A DNA stretch of 63,959 nt, filler included, from Octopus bimaculoides (Eukaryota), in NCBI RefSeq assembly GCF_001194135.2. It is 4 parts of 4 records of this genome, joined end to end, with 100 filler letters (N's around TTAATTAATTAA, not from the genome) between each part and the next. Parts side by side here need not be neighbours in the genome. Positions count along the whole stretch, not along the records: positions 31,533 to 57,518 come from NC_068987.1; 3 more parts are not named here. The stretch is one strand, 5' to 3'. The notes under the pieces are model-generated. The model did not search any database. It was not told the origin of the DNA and saw only the letters and a list, made by a program, of their open reading frames with translations. A program made the translations under genes and the position numbers. Below are positions 40,235 through 51,684 of the stretch, piece by piece. The stretch's first letter is position 1. Every line of letters starts with the position of its first letter.

Positions 40235-40841
40235 NNNNNNNNNNNNNNNNNNNNNNNNNNNNNNNNNNNNNNNNNNNNNNNNNNNNNNNNNNNNNNNNNN
40301 NNNNNNNNNNNNNNNNNNNNNNNNNNNNNNNNNNNNNNNNNNNNNNNNNNNNNNNNNNNNNNNNNNNNNNNNNNNNNNNNNNNNNNNNNNNNNNNNNNNN
40401 NNNNNNNNNNNNNNNNNNNNNNNNNNNNNNNNNNNNNNNNNNNNNNNNNNNNNNNNNNNNNNNNNNNNNNNNNNNNNNNNNNNNNNNNNNNNNNNNNNNN
40501 NNNNNNNNNNNNNNNNNNNNNNNNNNNNNNNNNNNNNNNNNNNNNNNNNNNNNNNNNNNNNNNNNNNNNNNNNNNNNNNNNNNNNNNNNNNNNNNNNNNN
40601 NNNNNNNNNNNNNNNNNNNNNNNNNNNNNNNNNNNNNNNNNNNNNNNNNNNNNNNNNNNNNNNNNNNNNNNNNNNNNNNNNNNNNNNNNNNNNNNNNNNN
40701 NNNNNNNNNNNNNNNNNNNNNNNNNNNNNNNNNNNNNNNNNNNNNNNNNNNNNNNNNNNNNNNNNNNNNNNNNNNNNNNNNNNNNNNNNNNNNNNNNNNN
40801 NNNNNNNNNNNNNNNNNNNNNNNNNNNNNNNNNNNNNNNNN

Positions 40842-40884
<43 letters not shown>

Positions 40885-40979
40885 GTATGTGTGTGTGTGT
40901 GTAGATAAACATCTATCTATCTATCTATCACTTTATCTATTTCCTTGTTTCTCTTATGATTTTTTTGGTCAAATTTCAG

Positions 40980-41019
40980 GGAAAGAGTTCTCAATTGTAC
41001 AACATCATGATGCCGTCAC
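40980..41019 (+). CDS. MAN2B1: MAN2B1-like micro-exon, 40 nt, phase 1/2: (W)KEFSIVQHHDAV(T)
   Basis: aaatttcag acceptor, ac|gtaagg donor. Encodes the QHHDAV Zn-ligand motif. Confidence 0.92.
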
Positions 41020-41522
41020 GTAAGGACCTTCCTCCTTTTTTACTTCTATTCCGCTTTTATGGTTAGATATCATTGTGCTGTTGTCATCTGATACAGTGTT
41101 GGTGATTTTGGTAATATCATAACATTTGTATTCATACATACGTATATATGCATGCAGTGTAGGATATGTACGCATGTGTGTATGTGTGAGTGAGTGGTGG
41201 ACATCCGATATTCACGATGAGGATTCAGTTGATTGTTCAACTGAAATACCTGCTCCTGAGTTCAGTGGCTGAAGTATTCCAAAAGTGTCTGAGTATTCCA
41301 GAGACACGTGTGCTTTTAACGTAATTCTCAAGCAGAATCAGTATAACACAGTATCGCCAAAACTGTACTGTTTGAATTACAAATGCAATCTCTCCGAGTG
41401 TATTCTATACAGTTTCCATCCACCTATTTCTTCTACATGTTATGGGTCTATGGGAGGCTACAAAAAATGAGATTTCACCCAAGATTCCACTCAGAGGGAA
41501 GTGTATGTGTGTGTGTGTAGCA

Positions 41523-41895
41523 AGGGCACTTGGCCTAGTAGTTAGGGTGTCGCACTCACGATTGCGACATCGTTGTTTCAATTTCTGGACCAGGTGGTGC
41601 TTTGAGTTCTTAGGCAAGACACTTCATCTCATATTGTTCTGCGATCACTTTGACACCTGATGTGTGGTACATCGTGCACCTGCTCAGGCAACATCGATTT
41701 GATGGAGGGAGTGAACTAATGTACAACACACACATTGGATCACTACAAGCCAGTCATTTGTGCAGGTTCTTCAGCAAGAAATTGCAGGACCGTCTATCTC
41801 GGACTACAAGACACTACCTATCATGTATGTATGTATGTATGTATGTATGTATGTATGTATGTATGTATGTATGTATGTATGTATTTATGTATGTA
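41523..41895 (+). mobile_element. Diverged tRNA-derived SINE followed by a (TATG)n run
   Basis: ttggcctagtagttagggtgtcgcactcacg...ggcaagacacttcatctc. Confidence 0.5.
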
Positions 41896-42568
41896 CAAAC
41901 AATATATGAGTATATGCATATATATGTACATGTATGTATATATGTTAATCCACGTGTACATATAGATACATAACTGGGTACATGACGTGGCAAAAGAACA
42001 AGGACAAAAATGGTAAACAAGGTGCAACAAACAAGCAGGCCACATAGAAACATCCCCTTCATCAGCTGCCACCATTAAAACTCCGGCGTTTCGAATGTAT
42101 GTATGTACGTACGTACGTACGTACGTATGTATGTATGTATGTATGTATGTATGTATCTATGTATGTATGTATGCATACATGTATGTATGTGTTTGTGTGT
42201 GACAGTAAATATATAAAAAAACAATCAAGTGATTATTACGACATATAGGCAATGGATACCACAATCGATAGCGCGTCAGACCAAATACCTTGCGTTATTT
42301 TTACCTGTTCTTTACGTTCTGACTTAAAATGCTACCGATGTCAAATTTGCCATTTGTCCTTCTGGCGTCTATAAAATGATGTCCTCGTCAAATACCTAAG
42401 ATACATATAGGTCAAATACCTAAGATACAACCCTCACCTCAAATCTTCCAAAATTGCTGGCCCTTGTCGCTATGTAAAAAATTACTATTATTACAATTTA
42501 AGTAGTTATTGGTTCATTTGTTTATATATTTTTGTCGTTATAACCAAAGTGCCTATTTCTTCTCTCAG

Positions 42569-42638
42569 GGGCACAGCTAAACAAGAAGTGGACAGAGATT
42601 ATCGTCGAAGACTTGCATTTGGAATAAATAGCTGTCAG
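42569..42638 (+). CDS. MAN2B1: MAN2B1-like exon, 70 nt, phase 2/0: (T)GTAKQEVDRDYRRRLAFGINSCQ
   Basis: tctctcag acceptor, cag|gtaggt donor. Completes HHDAVT-GT; xDY motif. Confidence 0.92.
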
Positions 42639-45100
42639 GTAGGTCCATCAGGCGAAGTAACTCTTTCAAAATATCTTCGTAACGGTAGAGAACTCTTGAG
42701 ATTATCTACTCTAATAATGCACTATTGTGTCTTTCTCCATCGCAACAGATGAATGAGAAAGGAAGGGGTGATAGATGAATAAGGAAGAGGTGATAGCAAA
42801 GTGGTAGTGGGATGATAGAAATACTACGTTAAAAAAAACAAAACAAACAGCGTTTCAACTCTGTGAGTATATGTGTGTGTATTTAAAAGGGAGGTATATG
42901 AATGTTTGTGTGTGTGCAATGGAAGTGGGATGGCGAACAATCAAACAACGTTTCAACTCTGTGTGAGTATATGTGTGTGTGCGTGTGCGTGTACAAGGGA
43001 AGTATGTGAATGTTTGTATCTTTAATTATTATGTAACTTATTTTGTACCTTATTTATATATAAAATATTACAATTAGCCGTCATTTTTTTACGGCACGGG
43101 GCCAGCTGGTTGATATATAAATCTAATCGCTATGAATATAGATTGTGCTGCGGAGTCTCGAGTCGGCTCTGATCAAGTAGATCTATGATCAAAGCTTTGC
43201 CACTGAGGCAATCACATCTTGTTTTTAAATATTACTTTCCTAATGGTTAAGGTGGTAACGCGTGATTACAAGCAGACTTTACTGCTATTTCTAGTGGGTC
43301 GACTGACAACATAGAGGCTCACTCATTGGCTCACAAAGCTGAGTCGGTAGAGCATTACACGTTTAAGAAGATACTGTAGAGATACGTAGCTAAGTGGTTT
43401 GGGTGTTACACTCATGATCGTAAGATTGTGATTTCCAGCGGTGATATATATATACGCCACAGAATCCGAGAAACTGGCCTTATCCGATGACTCAGGGAGG
43501 ACCTTTCATCCTTTATTATTTGGTGTACACCGAAGACGAAACGGTTGTACAAGGACTTTGAAATAATTACGGCCAAAGCCCCCTAACTCGTTTATATCCA
43601 CTCGTTTAAGATGATCTGCCTCAGCAGAGCAAAGAGTTGAAATAATCTTTTAAGTTAACGTTGTATGTATATAATATAGGGTCTGTGGTGTACACAGCCA
43701 AAAATTTAGCTTGATAGCTTAAAGCATCACTTCCCAACCTTTTCACTACAATTTAAATGATATTGAACGGTCTGTCTGCTTAACATGTTTACAGAACCCC
43801 AACACTACCTTTGCGGACCACTAGGAGTCTGCGGACCATAGATTGGCAATCACTTGCTTAAAGTCTAGTATAATAATGGGAGGTAACTCTGTATAGATAG
43901 TTTTTAGCGGTGTTAGACCTTGTCAGCGAAGTATAGGCTTCACAGTTGTTGAAGTAGTAATGGAAGAATCAGTATGCTATGCAGTATTGTACGCGAATTA
44001 GTGTGGAAACAAAGCTGATACGATAAAGCTTCAGTTAATTACACGCAGATATAGTTGATTATAATGAGACACATATGAAAATGCAATAGTTAGTAATTAA
44101 CATATTTCATACTCTATATTGTGATGTAAAAACATTTTTAAAAACATGCTTAGTTTTTGCTTGGACAGTATATTTTGTATATACTTAGCAAGTCTATTAG
44201 AATTAATTTGCCAAGTAATATGATGCAGTGCCTGACCTAAACTTGGGTTCTGTCTCACTGCGTGGCATTTTGTTCAAGTGTCTTCTACTACAGTCTCCGG
44301 CCAACCAATGCCCTGTGAATAGATTTGCTAGACAGGATCTGAAAAGAAACCCGTCGCGCGCGCGCGCGCGTGCTTGACTCCCCCACCACTGGATAACCAT
44401 TGTTGGTGCGTTAACGTCTCCGTAATCTAGCGGTTGGGAAAAAGAAACCGACAGAATAAATACCAGACTTAAAAAAGAAATTAAGTATTGGAGGTCAATT
44501 AGTTCGACTTAAATTCCATATGGCGATGCTCCAGTGTGGCTTCAGTCTAATGGCTGAAAATAGCAGAAGATAAAAGAAAAAGATGGAACATATATAACAG
44601 AAACAATAGGGTTTTCTTCTTTTCGTCGACAGAAAATTTTAATTTTAAATAAATGTTATTGAAGGGAGATAACTCTAAGAGAAAATATTTTAGGGGGACG
44701 AAACTCATGCGTACTATAGTCAGGNNNNNNNNNNNNNNNNNNNNNNNNNNNNNNNNNNNNNNNNNNNNNNNNNNNNNNNNNNNNNNNNNNNNNNNNNNNN
44801 NNNNNNNNNNNNNNNNNNNNNNNNNNNNNNNNNNNNNNNNNNNNNNNNNNNNNNNNNNNNNNNNNNNNNNNNNNNNNNNNNNNNNNNNNNNNNNNNNNNN
44901 NNNNNNNNNNNNNNNNNNNNNNNNNNNNNNNNNNNNNNNNNNNNNNNNNNNNNNNNNNNNNNNNNNNNNNNNNNNNNNNNNNNNNNNNNNNNNNNNNNNN
45001 NNNNNNNNNNNNNNNNNNNNNNNNNNNNNNNNNNNNNNNNNNNNNNNNNNNNNNNNNNNNNNNNNNNNNNNNNNNNNNNNNNNNNNNNNNNNNNNNNNNN

Positions 45101-45157
45101 GAATTTTGTAACCAGCTGAATATATCATCTTGCTTTATTACCGAAACATCAGATACC
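45101..45157 (+). CDS. MAN2B1: MAN2B1-like exon, 3' part only (5' part in N-gap 44725-45100): EFCNQLNISSCFITETSDT
   Basis: Matches the FCxxLNISxC motif; acc|gtaagt donor, phase 0. Confidence 0.88.
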
Positions 45158-45179
45158 GTAAGTTCCTTCGCCCCTTGTG

Positions 45180-45274
45180 GTATTTTCTCGTTACGAAAGT
45201 ATTTTCTCGTTACGAAAGTATTTTCTCGTTACGAAAGTATTTTCTCGTTACGAAAGTATTTTCTCGTTACGAAA
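45180..45274. repeat. Perfect 19-bp tandem repeat x5 (gtattttctcgttacgaaa)
   Basis: Five identical units with no spacers, starting 22 nt after the exon donor at 45157. Confidence 0.95.
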
Positions 45275-45429
45275 GCATTGTCTGAGCCAGGGTGAGTTTA
45301 TGGGTATCTAAGGCTTGTTTCCTTTTTTTATGTGGTTGTTGCTACTGAGGCTACAGCTATTCTTGGTGTTGGTTGTGATGTTAGTGATTGTGTTTCTCAT
45401 GTTTGTAGTGACTGTATTTATAGACGTGC

Positions 45430-45463
<34 letters not shown>

Positions 45464-46022
45464 AGTAAGGGTGATGGTCGCGGTGGTGGTAGTGGCGTTA
45501 CTGTTGACGTTGGTGGAGGTATTGATATTGTTGTTGTTAGCGGCGACGGTATCTGTGTTGGTGTTGTTGTTCATGTTTGTATTGTTGTTGTCGTTGTTGT
45601 TGTTATAGTTGGTGGTAGTTGCAGTGATAGTGTTGATTGTGAGGGTCATGTCAAGAGTTGTGTTGACGATGGTGTTATTGCACATCTTTTGGGTCAAGTT
45701 CCATTTGTGGACCCGTAGGGGATTTTATTGATGACATCGCTATTATAATTATTGTTTATTTTCTAATTAGAGCTTATATTGCTTGTTTCTGTTGTTGTTG
45801 CTACTACTTTTTTAATTGTTGTTGTTAGTGAAGTAGCCAATGCTTTTTTTTATTTAGCCCCAAATAAGCTGTGATCCAGCAGACCTATTACGAAAGGCGT
45901 TCCTTTTTGTATATAAGAGAGTACATTATCAACTATATTTTTAGGTAGAGGTGGTCAATGTCACTTTTTATGTGGAAATTATGTGAGCTTGTTAGTATTT
46001 TTCGGGTTTTCCCATCAATGGT

Positions 46023-46550
46023 TTAGATCTTATCAAGCGTCCAATCAAGCAGCCCAAATGTTGGTATGAATACTGGCACTGCAAACACATTGTGGGCCAC
46101 TGTTTTATTGAATCCAGAGAGTTCTGAGGTCCAAATTTTCTTTATTCGGCTGTAATATTCTTTAGTGACACGTGTTGTGTTACAGGCGCCATTGTAAGAT
46201 GTTTTCATCCACCCCAAGATACCTGCAACATTCCTCATCACATATAGCGGAAACAGTCAAATCATTGATGGAGATGATACTAGTCTGGTTTATAGTTTTC
46301 CCCCTTTTCACAACCATACAGCAATATTTATCCTGACCAAACTCCAACCCTACATCCTTTGAGAATGTTGTAACTAGGTCAAGGCTCTTTTTCATCACAT
46401 GCATATTCTTTGCATAAAGCGTCAAGTTATCCACAAAGAAACAGTGTGTAATTTTGGTATTGCTGTTTCCTTGTGAACCAGTGAGATATCCTTCAGACAT
46501 CCTTAACATGAATGACAAGGGGTTTACAAAAAGTATAAACATCACATATG
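46023..46550 (-). mobile_element. Degenerate R4/Dong-like reverse-transcriptase fragment
   Basis: LFVNPLSFML..SEGY...ITHCFFVDNLTLYAK...FSKDVGLEFGQDK...YLGV...RIKKIWTSELSGFNKTVAHNVFAVPV (degenerate YxDD region and thumb). Confidence 0.8.
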
Positions 46551-46726
46551 TTTGTATGCATGCCACCAAGGTGACACTGTGGTAAAATATACAAAACCCA
46601 CTAAACCCATCATGACTACTCTTCTGATCAGTTGGCCTTGATGAAGCTTGAAATCCGAACGTAAAGAGCCGAAACACGTCATATGACACTTTCAGACACG
46701 ATTTTACCAGTCCACCTACATTATTA

Positions 46727-47100
46727 TTTGTTTTGTTGGCACTCCGTTGCTTACGACGTCGAGGGTTCCAGTTGATCCAATCAACGGAACAGCCTGCTCG
46801 TGAAATTAACGTGCAAGTGGCTGAGCACTCCACAGACGTAGTTCTCGGGGATATTCAGCGTGACACAGTGTGACAAGGCTGACCCTTTGAATTACAGGCA
46901 CAACAGAAACAGGAAGTAAGAATGAGAGAAAGTTGTGGTGGAAGAGTACGGCAGGGTTCGCCACCATCCCCTGCCGGAGCCTCGTGGAGCTTTAGGTGTT
47001 TTCGCTCAATAAACACTCACAACGCCCGGTTTGGGAATCGAAACCGCGATCCTATGACCGCGAGTCTGCTGCCCTAACCACTGGGCCATTGCGCCTCCAC
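46727..47100 (-). mobile_element. Full-length tRNA-derived SINE with a 10-bp TSD
   Basis: TSD TACATTATTA at 46717-46726 and 47101-47110; A/B boxes at the right end on the minus strand. Confidence 0.88.
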
Positions 47101-47257
47101 TACATTATTATAAGTTGTTATAATAGTGGAATGAATAACAGATCATTTTTTATATGTCGCAATTAACCCTTAACAAAGAGCTTTGATCTTGTAGTTCTTT
47201 ACATGGCCCTCATGTTAGATGGTAATGAAGCTGTCATTTGAATTCCTCTTTTTGCAG

Positions 47258-47377
47258 TTCTTCGTAGCAATTTACAACCCCAGAGCACAAAGACGTACTC
47301 ACTGGGTGAGGATACCCATAACACCAATAAAGGCTTTTAAGGTGCTTGATGCAAAGAACAACAAGATACCTGTACAG
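47258..47377 (+). CDS. MAN2B1: MAN2B1-like exon, 120 nt, phase 0/0: FFVAIYNPRAQRRTHWVRIPITPIKAFKVLDAKNNKIPVQ
   Basis: tttttgcag acceptor, cag|gtgagc donor. YNP...WVRxP motif. Confidence 0.92.
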
Positions 47378-47586
47378 GTGAGCTGATTATCTTTTTTTAG
47401 GGTTGCTAACCAGTGATACAATCATATATCTAAGTCATTTAAGCAGTCTTGCTTTAACTGATGTTAATTTTCAGACAATGCTTTAACAACAAATAAAAGC
47501 AAGAAGCTTAAATGCGTGCGCGCGTGTACCACTGTGTGCGTGTATGTACGTGTGTGTATATGTTATGCGTTCGTGTGTGTGTGTGA

Positions 47587-47639
<53 letters not shown>

Positions 47640-47697
47640 CGTGCGGGAGGGGTTGTACAGAAACTACTGATACACGTTTTTCGTGTATTTGTTTCAG

Positions 47698-47830
47698 ATT
47701 ATTCCGCTTTCACATCAGACGAAACGGTTGCCAGAAAGAGAGACATCCATTGCAACGCATGAACTCGTGTTCTTGGCCTCACTTCCAGCGCTTGGCTACA
47801 GCACTTACTTTGTACGACAGACGAATAAAG
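47698..47830 (+). CDS. MAN2B1: MAN2B1-like exon, 133 nt up to a gap: IIPLSHQTKRLPERETSIATHELVFLASLPALGYSTYFVRQTNK(D)
   Basis: tttgtttcag acceptor; ELVFxASLPALGYSTY motif. The donor is hidden in the gap, but ending at 47830 gives phase 1, which fits the next exon. Confidence 0.9.
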
Positions 47831-48109
47831 NNNNNNNNNNNNNNNNNNNNNNNNNNNNNNNNNNNNNNNNNNNNNNNNNNNNNNNNNNNNNNNNNNNNNN
47901 NNNNNNNNNNNNNNNNNNNNNNNNNNNNNNNNNNNNNNNNNNNNNNNNNNNNNNNNNNNNNNNNNNNNNNNNNNNNNNNNNNNNNNNNNNNNNNNNNNNN
48001 NNNNNNNNNNNNNNNNNNNNNNNNNNNNNNNNNNNNNNNNNNNNNNNNNNNNNNNNNNNNNNNNNNNNNNNNNNNNNNNNNNNNNNNNNNNNNNNNNNNN
48101 NNNNNNNNN

Positions 48110-48142
<33 letters not shown>

Positions 48143-48513
48143 TTAAAGACACACACGCAGATACACACGCATATAAGTATGTATGTATACACATAAATTC
48201 ATTCACGCTCATATATTTATATATAGACTATGGTTGCATGTTGTGATTGATGTATGGCGTGTCTTGTGACTGATGTGTAATGTGTAGTGGTATGTCGTCA
48301 TGTTTGATGTATGATGGCATCTTGTGAGTGATGTATAATGAAGTATAATGATGTATAATGATAAACTATGACTGGCATATAATGTATGATGGTATGTTAC
48401 ATGATGCCATGCTATAATCGATATATGATAGAGGATGGCATATTGTAACTGATGCATATACAATACTACGACTGATTTATAATTTAAAGTGTTATACTGT
48501 GATTGATGTATAA

Positions 48514-48681
48514 CGGGGGTCTCCAAAGTGTTCGATATCGACCCGTAGGGGTCGATAGGACTATTCAAGTGATCCATAAATGCACGTCCACTTAATTATT
48601 ATTAATATTATTTATTTTTTTTCTTGTACATGCCTGGGGATCGATGAGGGGCCGATAGTCTAAAAGGTTTGGGGATCCCTA
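48514..48681. mobile_element. Possible small hAT-like MITE
   Basis: Imperfect TIRs cgggggtctccaaagtgtt and aaaaggtttggggatcccta; no clean 8-bp TSD. Confidence 0.3.
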
Positions 48682-49252
48682 GTATATAGTGTATAGTTAG
48701 TTCTATGCTGTGACTGATGTATGGTTTACGGTGATATAATGTAAGAAGCTGGTTCTTATTGTTGATGATGTTATTTAGCCCCAGGTCAGCCCCGTTCGAG
48801 TACATTTATGGTCAAAGTTACACTAGCCTGTACTGTCTCGGATTTATAGTCACAAACTATTTAGGATGACACCGTCCAGTGTATATTGAGGAATAATATG
48901 AAAGTGTGGTAGTCGTTTCATGCTTACTAACTGATGTGTAACAAAATAACATATTTTATGTTTGATGAGGTTTTCAATCACGTTTTTTTGTATTTAATGT
49001 GTTATGGGATAGAAAAGAGTCTGTTTAATATATTATGAGATAACAGGATGCTTGATATCTGATGTATTGTAAGAAAGATTGTTATTATGAAAGATTGTTT
49101 ATTATGAAATGATAGAAAATTTTATATTTGATGAGGTACGTTATAATAATGTTTGAATAACATGTATGATATCTGATATATCATGGAATAGCATAATATC
49201 AGATGGATGAAGTTATATGTCTGATGTGACTGATAGCTGTTTTGTATTTCAG

Positions 49253-49311
49253 ACCTTAATGACCTTCTACCAACGAATAACACATTCTCCAACAACGTCG
49301 TAGAAAACGAG
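49253..49311 (+). CDS. MAN2B1: MAN2B1-like exon, 59 nt, phase 1/0: (D)LNDLLPTNNTFSNNVVENE
   Basis: tgtatttcag acceptor, gag|gtaata donor. Ends in xxENE, as expected before the 'xxRxxFD' exon. Confidence 0.82.
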
Positions 49312-50096
49312 GTAATATAATGTTTTATGTTCTATCATTGTATGTGTCATTTACTCAGTTGTTTTTGCTGAGAGGCTGGAAACGAAAATTTCAATTATCT
49401 GGATTAGTGTACGAAACTTTAGAAATTCGATTATCAGCAGGATCAAAAGTGTTAGCTTTACTTGTTTCAGTATACATTTCAAGGAAGATAACAGACTGAC
49501 TTCATATCCAGGAAGTAAAACGGCTAAGAACTAGATTTAATCAAACGACTAAAATGAGTAAGCAACGTGTTAATATATAAGCAAAATTTCACCAATAGAT
49601 CAAAATTCGATTGGCTGCTTCCCCATAAAAATTGCTAGAAATGTGTTACACATTCATTCAGTTTTCATGCACAGAACAGTAATATATTTATTTACATGTA
49701 AAAATGGGCAACGTTTTCATGTCTTTAGTGACACTCATTTCATCTTCTTTATTAAGACTTTGTTTTCCTTTCTTCAATTAGACATTTAATTATTTTCGAA
49801 TGGTACTCGGACATTCTTTGCGGAGGAGTTCAGGAGCTGCTCCTCCATTTTCAGATATTGTAACTCTATGAACAGTGATCGGCAAATTAAATAAAATGGA
49901 TGAATATTTACTTGCAAATATGGAAAAGTTGTCAATATATAAAATATAGAGTGCAGGAATTTAAAGCTGAAGCTTCTTGAATTGTATCTGTGAGTTTCAC
50001 GTTGCTAATTATTCGAAGGGTGAAGTAGAGAAGTTCCATGACATTATACAAGCAAAAATATTCGGAAACGTATTAAGATATGATTAATCTGTTCTG

Positions 50097-50139
<43 letters not shown>

Positions 50140-50227
50140 TGTGTATAGATGTTTGTGTATAAATGTTTGTATGTATATGTTTATATGTATATATATGTAT
50201 ATAATGTGTTTTGCATTTCTATTTCAG

Positions 50228-50431
50228 TTTATAAGACTGGAGTTTGACGATAATACTGGCGTCCCATTGACAATTACCAACAAAGTTAAAAATATTAAAC
50301 GTCCGTTCACACAAAGTCTCAAGTACTATCGTTCTTCAGTAGACTATACACAACCGTCTGGAGCGTATATATTCCGTCCCGAACAGCAGAATCCGGAAAC
50401 TTTTAATCATGCAAAGGGTTATATATTAAGA
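50228..50431 (+). CDS. MAN2B1: MAN2B1-like exon, 204 nt, phase 0/0: FIRLEFDDNTGVPLTI...QPSGAYIFRPEQQNPETFNHAKGYILR
   Basis: atttcag acceptor, aga|gtaagt donor. SGAYIFRP motif; lies inside ORF 50135..50440. Confidence 0.95.
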
Positions 50432-51684
50432 GTAAGTTAAAATACCACCTGTTTACATAGGGCTAATAAGTTACTGTGGTGAATAATTACTGGGCATCCA
50501 ACCGAACAGTTCGAACTGTTTATCCTGTGGCTGTTCTTGGATTATATCCTGGTCCAAATATCTTAACACTCAACAGTCCTGTCTACGTATCTTATATAGG
50601 TACCACATTGTAGCTATAGATTAATGTATAAATAGTATATTGAAGGTTGGGGTACAACGTTGAGCAGTTCGAACGATGATATAGAAAATTCTTGGTGGAG
50701 TATCGAATGTGAAAATAAGAGAAAGAGCTTAAATGCCTGTATATTCTCATATTCGCTTACTTCCGTTTAAGTTGTGAGTTCAAATCCCACCGAAAGTCAA
50801 CTTTCATCTTTCCTTGGTCAACTGAACTGACTGCTATCTCTTCCACAAGGTGTAGCCTTGTGGCAATATAACACTATCACCAACACACCACTGCCACTAC
50901 GACGACCACTACTACCACTATCACCACCACTACCACCACCACCACCACCACCACCACCACTACCACCACCACCACCACCAACAAAAACAACGGCCACTCA
51001 CCCCATAATAATCACACAACNNNNNNNNNNNNNNNNNNNNNNNNNNNNNNNNNNNNNNNNNNNNNNNNNNNNNNNNNNNNNNNNNNNNNNNNNNNNNNNN
51101 NNNNNNNNNNNNNNNNNNNNNNNNNNNNNNNNNNNNNNNNNNNNNNNNNNNNNNNNNNNNNNNNNNNNNNNNNNNNNNNNNNNNNNNNNNNNNNNNNNNN
51201 NNNNNNNNNNNNNNNNNNNNNNNNNNNNNNNNNNNNNNNNNNNNNNNNNNNNNNNNNNNNNNNNNNNNNNNNNNNNNNNNNNNNNNNNNNNNNNNNNNNN
51301 NNNNNNNNNNNNNNNNNNNNNNNNNNNNNNNNNNNNNNNNNNNNNNNNNNNNNNNNNNNNNNNNNNNNNNNNNNNNNNNNNNNNNNNNNNNNNNNNNNNN
51401 NNNNNNNNNNNNNNNNNNNNNNNNNNNNNNNNNNNNNNNNNNNNNNNNNNNNNNNNNNNNNNNNNNNNNNNNNNNNNNNNNNNNNNNNNNNNNNNNNNNN
51501 NNNNNNNNNNNNNNNNNNNNNNNNNNNNNNNNNNNNNNNNNNNNNNNNNNNNNNNNNNNNNNNNNNNNNNNNNNNNNNNNNNNNNNNNNNNNNNNNNNNN
51601 NNNNNNNNNNNNNNNNNNNNNNNNNNNNNNNNNNNNNNNNNNNNNNNNNNNNNNNNNNNNNNNNNNNNNNNNNNNNTATATATA

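Noticed and set aside
42040-42095. Minus-strand GAAAC...CTGATGA in permuted (type II) order
   Set aside because: No NUH triplet, and the partner strand of stem II is lost into a microsatellite; cannot be supported from this copy.
45180-45274. CRISPR-like array
   Set aside because: Repeats are contiguous with no spacers, there are no cas genes, and the context is a eukaryotic intron.
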